Notes under the pieces: model-generated
What the model was told of the DNA's origin: nothing
What the model saw: only the letters and a program-made list of their open reading frames with translations
Database searches by the model: none
Position numbers and translations under genes: made by a program
Part shown: positions 32,747 through 40,575 of the stretch, piece after piece
Layout: each line of letters starts with the position of its first letter
Position numbering within the stretch: position 1 is the stretch's first letter
IMG/VR virus record: IMGVR_UViG_3300037308_000077
Location: 1 to 41,361 of that record
Length of the DNA stretch: 41,361 bases
Direction: 5' to 3' (one strand)
Source: a virus

Positions 32747-33032
32747 TCATGGGTTCCAGTTTTGAATAACACAACGGACATTCAGCGGGAAAGTTGCCAT
32801 ATTTGTCGCCAGGAAAGACCACAACGTGCGGCCGGTGTTGCGAATAACGATTACCGCTTAGGCCATAAAACTCAAAGACGATCCGCGCCAGCTTGCAGGC
32901 GGCTTCGGCTTCGGAGTCGTGATCTTCGCCGACTTCAACAACGTCAACCTCGGCTTCTTCTTCATCAGGCCGTTGCTTCCGAATCACAAACCCGTTTCGC
33001 ACCTCTTCGATAACAAGCATAAAGCCCTCCAT
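32739..33032 (-). CDS. Hypothetical acidic protein
   Basis: ORF between TerS and TerL. An alternative ATG at 33020 is preceded by GGAGGG. Confidence 0.5.
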   Translation of the reverse strand: MEGFMLVIEEVRNGFVIRKQRPDEEEAEVDVVEVGEDHDSEAEAACKLARIVFEFYGLSGNRYSQHRPHVVVFPGDKYGNFPAECPLCYSKLEPMND

Positions 33033-33145
33033 TGAATGGTTTCAATTTAAGCACTTGCCGCCTTGGAAGGCAAGGGAAGGTAGGATCTTGTGTCAATTGT
33101 GCTTGTGCGCCGAGTGCGGAAAATGCGGCAACCCCTCGGAAGGAT

Positions 33146-33640
33146 CTACAACTTAACGTCGGCGGCCGGATCTTGCAAGGCTTCAATTTCTTGCCGCTTG
33201 GCCAACAATTGTTTCAGCCGTTCTTCGGCGGCCTTAGTCCAATTCTGAACGCCTTCAACTTGGATCGGGTTCTCACCGCCGTTCAATGTGAGTTCGGATT
33301 GCTTGCGAAAGTCGGGATGCCTGCGCTCCAAGATCCAGGCGGCGGCTTTCCAGTCTTCGTTTGAGGCATCGATCACCTTCTGTAAGAGTTCAGCTTGGCC
33401 GGCGGCGCGCGCTTGTTCAAGAAAGTCAACCACGGGTTGATATTCCACCATTCCCTTTTCGGCCTTCTCTTGCCAGTCATAATAAGTGCGCGGGTTGACG
33501 CCAGCGGCGCGGCACGCGCTGTTCACTGACATGCCTTTCTTAACGAACTCGGCAATCACTTCAGCTTTTCGCATTATGTTCTCAAGCAACTTCACTCGAT
33601 CTTGCGGTTTTTTTCCAGTTCCAAAAACCATATCGCGCAA
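33146..33640 (-). CDS. terS: Terminase small subunit (HTH type)
   Basis: HTH 'MSVNSACRAAGVNPRTYYDWQEKAEKG' and 'DWKAAAWILERRHPDF'. It lies upstream of TerL. Confidence 0.65.
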   Translation of the reverse strand: MRDMVFGTGKKPQDRVKLLENIMRKAEVIAEFVKKGMSVNSACRAAGVNPRTYYDWQEKAEKGMVEYQPVVDFLEQARAAGQAELLQKVIDASNEDWKAAAWILERRHPDFRKQSELTLNGGENPIQVEGVQNWTKAAEERLKQLLAKRQEIEALQDPAADVKL

Positions 33641-33682
33641 CCTCTTGAAAACAATATGCGTTTTGACCGTGCCGACACATGT

Positions 33683-33710
33683 ATGATATCATTCAAATAT
33701 CATAATTCAA
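33683..33710 (-). promoter_or_regulatory. Candidate sigma70-like late promoter upstream of terS
   Basis: The - strand reads TTGAAT, then 16 nt, then TATCAT. It overlaps the 10-bp palindrome ATGATATCAT (33683-33692). The host is unknown, so this is speculative. Confidence 0.3.
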
Positions 33711-34149
33711 TCGGATCGATTCGCCTCACCGTGATTGAAACTTTTCCACCTTGAGTTGTCCACAACTTTTCCACAATGAGGCGGCACACTTGTCGATCAT
33801 CGTTCCAGATCTTACCAGCCAATGGCCCGGTTTGTAGAACGTCTTGATACAACTTATTGATATTGTCGCAATCCTTTGTGTCTTGGTGCGCGAACCCTTC
33901 ACGCAACCGGCGGTCGGCCTCTTTGTTCGATATCGACTTAGGAAGGGAAACGAAGGCCAGCAACCGAAGCTCAAGCGCGCCGGTGAAGGGTTCGGCTGGA
34001 AGCTGGCAATGCTCGGCGATGTATTCGGCCAAGTCTTTCTTGATGGCTTTGTCGGGATCGGCAACAACAGGCGCGCCGTGCGGTGTGCGTGCAACGGTGT
34101 GCGCTCTTTTGCGCCGAGGTTCGAAGGGAAGGATCGCTTGCCAGATCAT
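33700..34149 (-). CDS. rusA: RusA-family Holliday junction resolvase
   Basis: 'DTKDCDNINKLYQDVLQ...IWNDDRQV' matches the RusA pattern (D-x-D-N ... K ... D ... DD.Q). Confidence 0.7.
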   Translation of the reverse strand: MIWQAILPFEPRRKRAHTVARTPHGAPVVADPDKAIKKDLAEYIAEHCQLPAEPFTGALELRLLAFVSLPKSISNKEADRRLREGFAHQDTKDCDNINKLYQDVLQTGPLAGKIWNDDRQVCRLIVEKLWTTQGGKVSITVRRIDPIEL

Positions 34150-34265
34150 CGCTTGGCTTCCAATTCGGCCTTGGCTTTTTCGAGTTCGGCGGTTTTTTCC
34201 TTGAGCAATTCCCGAAGGTGATCGATCTCAATCAAAGCCAAACTCAAGGCTTCGCTTTCAGTCAT
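34146..34265 (-). CDS. 39-aa coiled-coil micro-protein
   Basis: Own translation: MTESEALSLALIEIDHLRELLKEKTAELEKAKAELEAKR. ATGA overlaps occur at both ends. It is below the ORF-track cutoff. Confidence 0.4.
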   Translation of the reverse strand: MTESEALSLALIEIDHLRELLKEKTAELEKAKAELEAKR

Positions 34266-34483
34266 TGCATGACCCCATAATCTTGATCGATCCCGTTTTT
34301 GATTGCGGCAATCGCCTGGTCGGTTGCCTCTTGTTTGTCTTTTTCCGAAGGCGCGGCTTGAATTATCCCGTGAAGTGCCGATGCCAACATGCCGATTGCC
34401 TCGATTGGCCCTTCGATCATGCCGCCGACTCGAATGGTTTTTTCATCTTCGTCTTTTTCAACCCATATCAATTGCTTTTTCAT
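34262..34483 (-). CDS. Hypothetical 73-aa protein
   Basis: Start 'MKKQLIWVEKDE' with GGAGG upstream and an ATGA overlap with the Dam stop. Confidence 0.45.
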   Translation of the reverse strand: MKKQLIWVEKDEDEKTIRVGGMIEGPIEAIGMLASALHGIIQAAPSEKDKQEATDQAIAAIKNGIDQDYGVMQ

Positions 34484-34980
34484 ATGTGGCACGCCTCCAT
34501 GATTGTGCCGAATTGCCGCCAGCGCCGATCCATCGGAATACCGTAAGAGATCAGCGCGCAAGAGAACCCTGGCCCGTGTTCTTGATCGGTATAATCCGGC
34601 GGCGGTATGAAGCTTGTCCGTTGATTGAGAAACAAAACCCAATCACAACCTGGAAGGATCCAGTCTTGCCAGGTTTTGGTTTCCAGGTTGTTCGACTTGT
34701 ACAGCGCCAAAAGTTTCGTTCCTTGCCATCGCTGTTCAGCGGCGCGCCGAAAGAACTCGTTGGCTTGAGAGAAAGGCGGATTGAGAAAGCAAACGCGATC
34801 CTTTGGCCAATCGAGTTTGAGCGCGTCGCTATCGGGAAAGATGAAGCCGCCTTCAAATTGAAGGTTGTTTTGATCGCAGGCCAGATCGAAGGAAGCGCCG
34901 GCGATTGCCTTGGCGGCGCCGATGATATGCAACGGCGTTCCCCGATTATCTAACCGAGGCCCTTTGTATTTTCCGATCAT
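34480..34980 (-). CDS. dam: Phage-type DNA N6-adenine methyltransferase (Dam family)
   Basis: Motif IV 'FLNPPFSQ' in the compact ~165-aa architecture typical of phage N6A methylases. Confidence 0.75.
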   Translation of the reverse strand: MIGKYKGPRLDNRGTPLHIIGAAKAIAGASFDLACDQNNLQFEGGFIFPDSDALKLDWPKDRVCFLNPPFSQANEFFRRAAEQRWQGTKLLALYKSNNLETKTWQDWILPGCDWVLFLNQRTSFIPPPDYTDQEHGPGFSCALISYGIPMDRRWRQFGTIMEACHI

Positions 34981-35072
34981 TTGATGCCTCTATAGATCAA
35001 CCAGACAATTAACATCGCGCCGAAGGCGATGCCGAGCGTAAAAGATCCGAGAATTGCAAAGGCCGGCATCAT
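34977..35072 (-). CDS. 31-aa single-TM micro-protein
   Basis: Own translation: MMPAFAILGSFTLGIAFGAMLIVWLIYRGIK. Its stop overlaps the Dam start (ATGA). Confidence 0.35.
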   Translation of the reverse strand: MMPAFAILGSFTLGIAFGAMLIVWLIYRGIK

Positions 35073-35075
35073 TTG

Positions 35076-35381
35076 TCAAAGCGCCGCAATAATATCGCGA
35101 TCAGGTATGCAATCCCCATCAGCGCCGCAAACAGAAGGAACAGGTTGAGCCATTCCATTTTCAAGATCCCTTATTTGTTTTTTGAGTTTCTTAATTTCTT
35201 CGCTGATCTTGCGGATCGTGGTTGCTTCAATTGCAAGGTTCATGCCGCGAAGCCTTGACCTTTTTGTGTGGATATAATTCCAGATCGTTTGATGACTTAC
35301 GGCATAATGCTTGGCGGCATCATGCAGCGTTCCAAAGAGTCGGCCGGTGTTTTTGTCTCTGACAATGATGTTCGTTCTCAT
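35076..35381 (-). CDS. Putative HTH DNA-binding protein (NUMOD1-like HTH + coiled coil)
   Basis: 'GRLFGTLHDAAKHYAVSHQTIWNYI'. GAGGTG lies 6 nt upstream of ATG 35381. Confidence 0.5.
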   Translation of the reverse strand: MRTNIIVRDKNTGRLFGTLHDAAKHYAVSHQTIWNYIHTKRSRLRGMNLAIEATTIRKISEEIKKLKKQIRDLENGMAQPVPSVCGADGDCIPDRDIIAAL

Positions 35382-35413
35382 ATCGGTCACCTCGGTTGAC
35401 CACGTTAAACCAA

Positions 35414-36670
35414 TCATTGACACTTTTCAACTTCACCGCCTTTTCGAACGCGGCCGATGAACTTCTGGCCTTCGCTGCAACACACCGAGCAATAGATGAA
35501 ACCCGAATCCGAGACAAAGGCCGAGTGCGTCTTGTCTTCATGGAACGGACACCGCACCGCGAAGCCGTCACCGTGCCGCCGTTTCTTAGCGTTGGCCGGG
35601 AAGGCCGCATCGATGTCGGCCTCGGTGATTTTGCCGCTTGGGGTTGGCGCGGCGGTGAAGGCCCAGATCCTTCGCTGCATGGCGGCCATGGCGTCGATGT
35701 GACTGTACCGCTCGATCCTGGCCCTGGCGGTTTCCAAGAACGCCTCAAGGGAAAGGAAACCTTTGGCGCCGGTTGTCCAGGCGATTTGAGGGAAGCGGCC
35801 TTCCTCTTGCTCAGAGCACGGTATTCTGGCCATGGCGATGGGGTTGAAGATCGCCTGTGTGTCGATTGCCGAAAGTGCCTTCAAGCTCACCGGAAGGCAA
35901 TTCTGGCGTTCTGGCGATAGTTCTTTGAGGCGCCGAAGCAACAGGCCCTTCCCTTCCTTCAGCACGGCGATCTCTTGTGGCATGGCCGGCCTTCCGAACT
36001 GCCAAAGCATGTGGAAAGAGCGCCTGCCGGAATAACAGACGTAGAACGGCGGATCGGCTTTGGCCTGGCCGTCTTCGCGAAGGAAGGCGCCGAGTGCCAG
36101 GCGTGCGGTTTCGATGTGCGCCGAGGCCAAGCCGGGAAGCACGGAAGGCCCGAACTCGTTGGCGGCATCGAACACCGAGTCATCGTCGATCTCGACAAGG
36201 CAAAACCAAAGACTGTCGACATCGGCTTCGGCTTTGGCGCCGGTGTTCAGCTTGGAGACGGTGACCAGGCGATCAACTGCGGTTGCGGTTTCGATGTTCC
36301 TTGTCAACTGGCCGGTGCGGAAGGTGTCACCGACATGCAGGTTGCCGACCCTTCCCTTGATCGCCGCCAAGGTTTGTTGCCGTGACACCGGCCGCAACGT
36401 GATCGGAATCTGGTTCGGGTTCGGATCATTCGCGTCAGGATCGTTGACGATGAAGCCGATACCGCAACCAGGCTTGTCACCGCCTCGGCCTGTTCTTCGC
36501 CATGGCTTAACCTGGCAAAGCTTGTTGATGGCATCAAGTCTTTGTCTATGGCCTTCGACCTTCAGCACCGCCGAGAGTTCTTCAAGCGTGCAATCGTCGA
36601 TCTCGATGACTTCCAGTTCAGAATCATCAAGTTGCGCTTGTCTGCTATCAGTCTCGATCACGATTGGCAT
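35414..36670 (-). CDS. AEP-type primase(-polymerase) with a C-terminal CHC2 zinc finger
   Basis: AEP motifs are 'FCLVEIDDDS' (DxD), 'YSGRRSFHMLW' (sG..H) and 'MARIPCS'. The C-terminus is 'CPFHEDKTHSAFVSDSGFIYCSVCC'. GAGGG lies 8 nt upstream of ATG 36670. Confidence 0.65.
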   Translation of the reverse strand: MPIVIETDSRQAQLDDSELEVIEIDDCTLEELSAVLKVEGHRQRLDAINKLCQVKPWRRTGRGGDKPGCGIGFIVNDPDANDPNPNQIPITLRPVSRQQTLAAIKGRVGNLHVGDTFRTGQLTRNIETATAVDRLVTVSKLNTGAKAEADVDSLWFCLVEIDDDSVFDAANEFGPSVLPGLASAHIETARLALGAFLREDGQAKADPPFYVCYSGRRSFHMLWQFGRPAMPQEIAVLKEGKGLLLRRLKELSPERQNCLPVSLKALSAIDTQAIFNPIAMARIPCSEQEEGRFPQIAWTTGAKGFLSLEAFLETARARIERYSHIDAMAAMQRRIWAFTAAPTPSGKITEADIDAAFPANAKKRRHGDGFAVRCPFHEDKTHSAFVSDSGFIYCSVCCSEGQKFIGRVRKGGEVEKCQ

Positions 36671-36900
36671 TAGAAAAACCCTCACTTCTCGGTTGCGTTC
36701 GTTCTATCATTATCGTTGAAAACTTTCAAGCTTTGACTCAATTCTCATGACAAAGGTCAAAGGTGATCGGAATAATTGGTTCCGCTCACGTTCCGCTCAC
36801 CGTTGTTGAACAACTGCGCCAACGACATTTCACTCAAAGAGCGGAAAGAGCGGAATGGATCGCGCATGTATAAGAGAACCGCGAAGCGGTTCGGATTGCA

Positions 36901-36939
36901 GCCATAGACATAAGCCATAGACGTAAGCCATAGACATAG
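36901..36939. repeat. 3 x 13-bp tandem repeat (gccatagacRtaR) bracketed by the 8-bp inverted repeat GATTGCAG/CTGCAATC
   Basis: Read directly: gccatagacataa gccatagacgtaa gccatagacatag. The inverted repeats lie at 36893-36900 and 36941-36948. Confidence 0.85.
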
Positions 36940-36960
36940 ACTGCAATCGCAGTTTCGTTG

Positions 36961-37017
36961 TAATCGTTTGATTTTGTTTAGTTATTTGTTTATTTTTATT
37001 ATTATATATATAATTAA
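36961..37017. other. AT-rich tract (candidate DNA unwinding element) followed by the hairpin cgcgcg-tca-cgcgcg
   Basis: taatcgtttgattttgtttagttatttgtttatttttattattatatatataattaaa, then the GC palindrome at 37019-37035. Confidence 0.6.
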
Positions 37018-37202
37018 ACGCGCGTCACGCGCGCGAGGCGAGAGAGTTCCGCTCATTCCGCTCATTCCGATCACCTTGTTGGGAGAGTAAGATAACTTTG
37101 TGAGCGGAATATTTCGGTTCCGCTCATTCCGTTCTAGTTGGTGGGAGAGTTGAACAACTCGAAACTAGAACCGAGGCATAAGCTCTTGACTTCATTATGC
37201 CA

Positions 37203-38885
37203 TTACAATTCTGACTCGTCAATCATTGAAGGAAAGAAACAAACGAACCTTTCTCTCGACTTGCCCACTAGCACCGATTTTTTGATACAATTTTTAAGTT
37301 TTTCAGGAACTTGCCATTTTCGGTTTTCGCCAAAGGTTCGCAACAACGCCTCAATCGTGATTGAGCGAAACGAAGGAATCAGCCTTCCATCTTTTTCACT
37401 AACAAATTCAGACACAAGCAAGTCTTTGTTACGACCGAACGCGCCGATGAACAAGGCGGTTGCGTACTTCCGTTGTGACTCAAGGCTTGGTTTTCCAAGC
37501 GGATCATCGCAAGCATCGAACCATTGATCAAACGCAAGCCAAGTTCGCAACAGGCCCTCGAGCATTGCTTCCCAACTTCGGCCGGAAAACGCAGCAACGG
37601 CCTCGCGGTATGTTTCGGGTATGGTGAAACCCACATCGCCAGCTTCGCGTGCCGTCTCGGCCAATTCTGCGAACCACAGGCCCATGGCATCGGCGATCTC
37701 ACCGCCTCGGTTCATCGCCTGGCGCAAAACCTCGAACCCCGGATATCGGTGCGCCCAATCGATGAAGACAACCGAGAACCGATCAAAGGCCAGCCATTGG
37801 GCAAAATACCGGTGCGCCTGCGCCAGCGAAGACGCCTCACCGCCTTCGGCGTTCGCGAATAGAACGACACCGCCGGTGAAGCGCAAAGTCTTGGCTTCCT
37901 TTCCGACACCACGAACCGTGATCGCCTCACACCGGCTTGCACTCTTGACCAGGCCCACACCCGTGCTTGGCGTCGGCTTGTCCAACTGGAACTCATGGCA
38001 AATCGCAAGCGCAACGTCATCACTGAAGGCGTTTGAGGAACGCCATTCCTGGCATAAGTCATCATGCGCGAAGCTTTTCATTCCGGTGCAATTATTCATG
38101 AACTCCAAGAATTTGCAGAAGGTTCCCTTGCCGCTTGCGTTCGGCCCGGTGCCAACGAGGATCCTTCGCTGCGGGTTGATCTCGGTTCTCGAAAACCGAT
38201 ATGCGCGCAACATCGAAAGAAAGAACTCCCATTGTCTCGGCGCCTCGGCTTGCATCCAAGCGCGCCAGCGATCCAGTTCTTCGCGTGCCGCGTTCGCCGT
38301 TCCTTCCGACACCCATCGAAGCGGCGGTGTGTGACAACCCGGCACCGGCGGTTCGTTGATGAAGCGAAACTCAGGAATGAGAGAATTGCTTAATATCGTT
38401 GCAAGAACGTCTCTGTTTTGAATCACCGGAATCAAGTGCTCAAGGTTGCAAATTTCGTTCTTCAACCGTTTCTCGATCTTGTCAGTGAGAGTTCCCCTTT
38501 TCTCAACCGTTACGGTTTCGAACACTTCGATCTGGCACTCGATATTCTGAAAGCAACGGTTGAAGATCGTTGCTGGTATTTGATTTTCATACCGGCGCAA
38601 GTCACCGTTCCAAAGCTTGCCGTCACGAAGCCAAAGATCCGAGGCCGGAAGCTCGGCGATTGCGCGCGCGATTATTATTTGTCGCAAGAAAAACAGGTCA
38701 TTGTTGGTTGCGGCGATTGGCCCAATGTCCGAAGCTTTCAAGATTGGGAAGGCAATGTTTGCCCGGTTCACTTTTCGCTGGATCTTTATGAGGTTTTCAG
38801 TCATATTCCCTTCCGTAAAAAGATACCTTGAACCGCTGGCTACTTTCCGGCGGTTTTTTTTGGCCGCTTTCACATTCAGACACAT
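37203..38885 (-). CDS. SF3 replicative helicase (P4-alpha/D5-like NTPase)
   Basis: Walker A 'ILVGTGPNASGKGTFCKF', Walker B-like 'VALAICHEF'. An alternative start 'MTENLIK' at 38804 is preceded by GGAAGGGAA. Confidence 0.7.
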   Translation of the reverse strand: MCLNVKAAKKNRRKVASGSRYLFTEGNMTENLIKIQRKVNRANIAFPILKASDIGPIAATNNDLFFLRQIIIARAIAELPASDLWLRDGKLWNGDLRRYENQIPATIFNRCFQNIECQIEVFETVTVEKRGTLTDKIEKRLKNEICNLEHLIPVIQNRDVLATILSNSLIPEFRFINEPPVPGCHTPPLRWVSEGTANAAREELDRWRAWMQAEAPRQWEFFLSMLRAYRFSRTEINPQRRILVGTGPNASGKGTFCKFLEFMNNCTGMKSFAHDDLCQEWRSSNAFSDDVALAICHEFQLDKPTPSTGVGLVKSASRCEAITVRGVGKEAKTLRFTGGVVLFANAEGGEASSLAQAHRYFAQWLAFDRFSVVFIDWAHRYPGFEVLRQAMNRGGEIADAMGLWFAELAETAREAGDVGFTIPETYREAVAAFSGRSWEAMLEGLLRTWLAFDQWFDACDDPLGKPSLESQRKYATALFIGAFGRNKDLLVSEFVSEKDGRLIPSFRSITIEALLRTFGENRKWQVPEKLKNCIKKSVLVGKSRERFVCFFPSMIDESEL

Positions 38886-39024
38886 TGTGCAAGTTAAACT
38901 CTGGAGTCAAGCACCGCCACATATGGTGTTGCCTATTTTGTGATGACACCACAACTTGCGCCTTTGCTTTCGTTCAATGTTGTGGTATCGTCGGCACTCA
39001 ACTCGAACCTTGGAGGTTTTCTGT

Positions 39025-39582
39025 ATGCTTGATCACTTGAACCAGATAGACAACGGCGTGAAACAAGGCACCATTTCCGGCGGCGGCAACCTGCAATTGC
39101 CGCTTCAAGGCGAAGCAATCCTTTTCGACATCGATATTCACACCGACAACAGCAACCAATACATGAGTTTTTTCTTGACCGTGCCGGGTTCTCAAGACTT
39201 CCGGCGCTTCCAACTGCGAACCCCTTCACAAAACGACAAGCACGCGGCGCAATATCTTGGGATGCAACGGATCTATGCAACCCTTTTCGGCGCCATCAAA
39301 GCCGATCCCAAGGCCGATCTGGTCACCGCAGTTTGGGAAAGACTCACCGAAACCTTGAAGACAAACTCAATCAAGGTTCAATACGAAGCGGCGGAAAACT
39401 CTTTCATCTCCAAGCGTGACGGCAAGGAAATTAAAACCCTCGAACTCAACCGCCTCACCGGCACCGCCAGGGTTCAGCGCGTTGAACTCAACATTCAAAA
39501 GCCGAGCGCCAAGGTGACAAGCACACCGAGCGCCGAAGGTTGGGGAAAGAACGATTCCTTTGGCGCCGATGTACCCTTCTGA
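39025..39582 (+). CDS. Non-canonical single-stranded DNA-binding-like protein
   Basis: GGAGG at 39012-39016 upstream of ATG 39025. The C-terminal tip '...NDSFGADVPF' resembles the SSB 'DDDIPF' protein-interaction tail. It is the first gene of the recombination module. Confidence 0.45.
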   Translation: MLDHLNQIDNGVKQGTISGGGNLQLPLQGEAILFDIDIHTDNSNQYMSFFLTVPGSQDFRRFQLRTPSQNDKHAAQYLGMQRIYATLFGAIKADPKADLVTAVWERLTETLKTNSIKVQYEAAENSFISKRDGKEIKTLELNRLTGTARVQRVELNIQKPSAKVTSTPSAEGWGKNDSFGADVPF

Positions 39583-39595
39583 TTAAGAGGCGAAG

Positions 39596-40522
39596 ATGTT
39601 CAAGAAACTTGACCCATTAGTGGATCCTTTGGTTCTTTCCAATTCCGGCGTTGCCTGCATGAACGATTGCGAGCGGCGATTTTGTCACCGGTATTTGCTG
39701 AAGACACCAAAGGATCCCGACTTCAAGGATCCGGCTTACTTCGGCTTTGGCCGCGCCTTCCATGGGATCCTTGAACACACCGCTGGCGATCCGAAGCGGT
39801 ACAGCGCCAGCGCCATCGGCCGGCCGATCGTCGAAAAGAACGGCCTCAATTGGGACAATGACGGCGCCAAGATCTCGGCAATGCTTCGAACGTTCTGGTT
39901 GCTGGCGGCACAAAGACCGCTGGCAATCGCGGCCTGCGAAGTCGAGTTTGAGAACGACATCGCACGCGGCAAGATTGACGCCATCGGCGTTGACGATCAA
40001 CTGAACTGGTATATTTGCGATTGGAAAACAACCGGCGTTTCCCTTGACCTAACCAAGCCGGCAATGCTCAGGCAAGATCCTCAGCTTTGCCTGTATGGCG
40101 CACTTTCCGAAGATATCGCGGCACAACTGAACCTCGAACCGCACAAATTCGCAGGCGTGCTTTTGCGTGAAATTGAAAAGCCAAGGCACCGCTGGAAGGA
40201 AGGCGAAACCTTCGACTCGTTCCATGCGCGAATATCAGAGAAGGGAAACCCGGCCGGCCGTGACATGTTTGTTCCAATCGATGAACTTCAATGGCAAGAT
40301 TCTTACGGCAATTTCTTGGAAGCGGTGAAGCGTGCGCGCGCACTTCAGCAAGAATGGATCGCTGGCAATGAAACGCCAGGCCGCCAAGACACAAGGAACT
40401 GTAAGCAATGGGGTTCGCCTTGTGAGTTTTGGAGTCAATGCTATGAAGGCAAAACCTTCACGGAAATGTCGAGGCCGCAAGCCGCACCAACCGCGCCGAT
40501 CAATCCCTTGGAATTTCTTTGA
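39596..40522 (+). CDS. PD-(D/E)XK exonuclease, Cas4/RecB-like with an Fe-S cysteine set
   Basis: 'GKIDAIGVDD...WYICDWKTTG' (D...D-x-K), 'QLCLYG' (QxxxY), N-terminal 'ACMNDCERRFC' and C-terminal 'CKQWGSPCEFWSQC'. Confidence 0.8.
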   Translation: MFKKLDPLVDPLVLSNSGVACMNDCERRFCHRYLLKTPKDPDFKDPAYFGFGRAFHGILEHTAGDPKRYSASAIGRPIVEKNGLNWDNDGAKISAMLRTFWLLAAQRPLAIAACEVEFENDIARGKIDAIGVDDQLNWYICDWKTTGVSLDLTKPAMLRQDPQLCLYGALSEDIAAQLNLEPHKFAGVLLREIEKPRHRWKEGETFDSFHARISEKGNPAGRDMFVPIDELQWQDSYGNFLEAVKRARALQQEWIAGNETPGRQDTRNCKQWGSPCEFWSQCYEGKTFTEMSRPQAAPTAPINPLEFL

Positions 40523-40575
40523 TCGGCCTTTTTAATTCAATAAAATTATGATATGCCAACCCTTGGAGGCGATAC

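Larger units (their letters stand above)
36760..37175. promoter_or_regulatory. Putative replication origin: TTCCGCTCA iterons in both orientations flanking 13-bp tandem repeats, an AT-rich tract and a GC hairpin
   Basis: TTCCGCTCA(C) occurs at 36780, 36791, 37047, 37056 and 37118. It is inverted (GAGCGGAA) at 36839, 36848 and 37102. Degenerate TTCCGATCA copies lie at 37065 and inverted at 36763. GTTGAACAACT occurs at 36805 and 37149. Confidence 0.55.

Noticed and set aside
36901-36939. Short regularly spaced repeats as a mini-CRISPR array
   Set aside because: The units are 13 bp and directly abutting, with no spacers. There are only three copies, no cas genes, and the context is iteron/AT-rich. 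This is an origin-type repeat.
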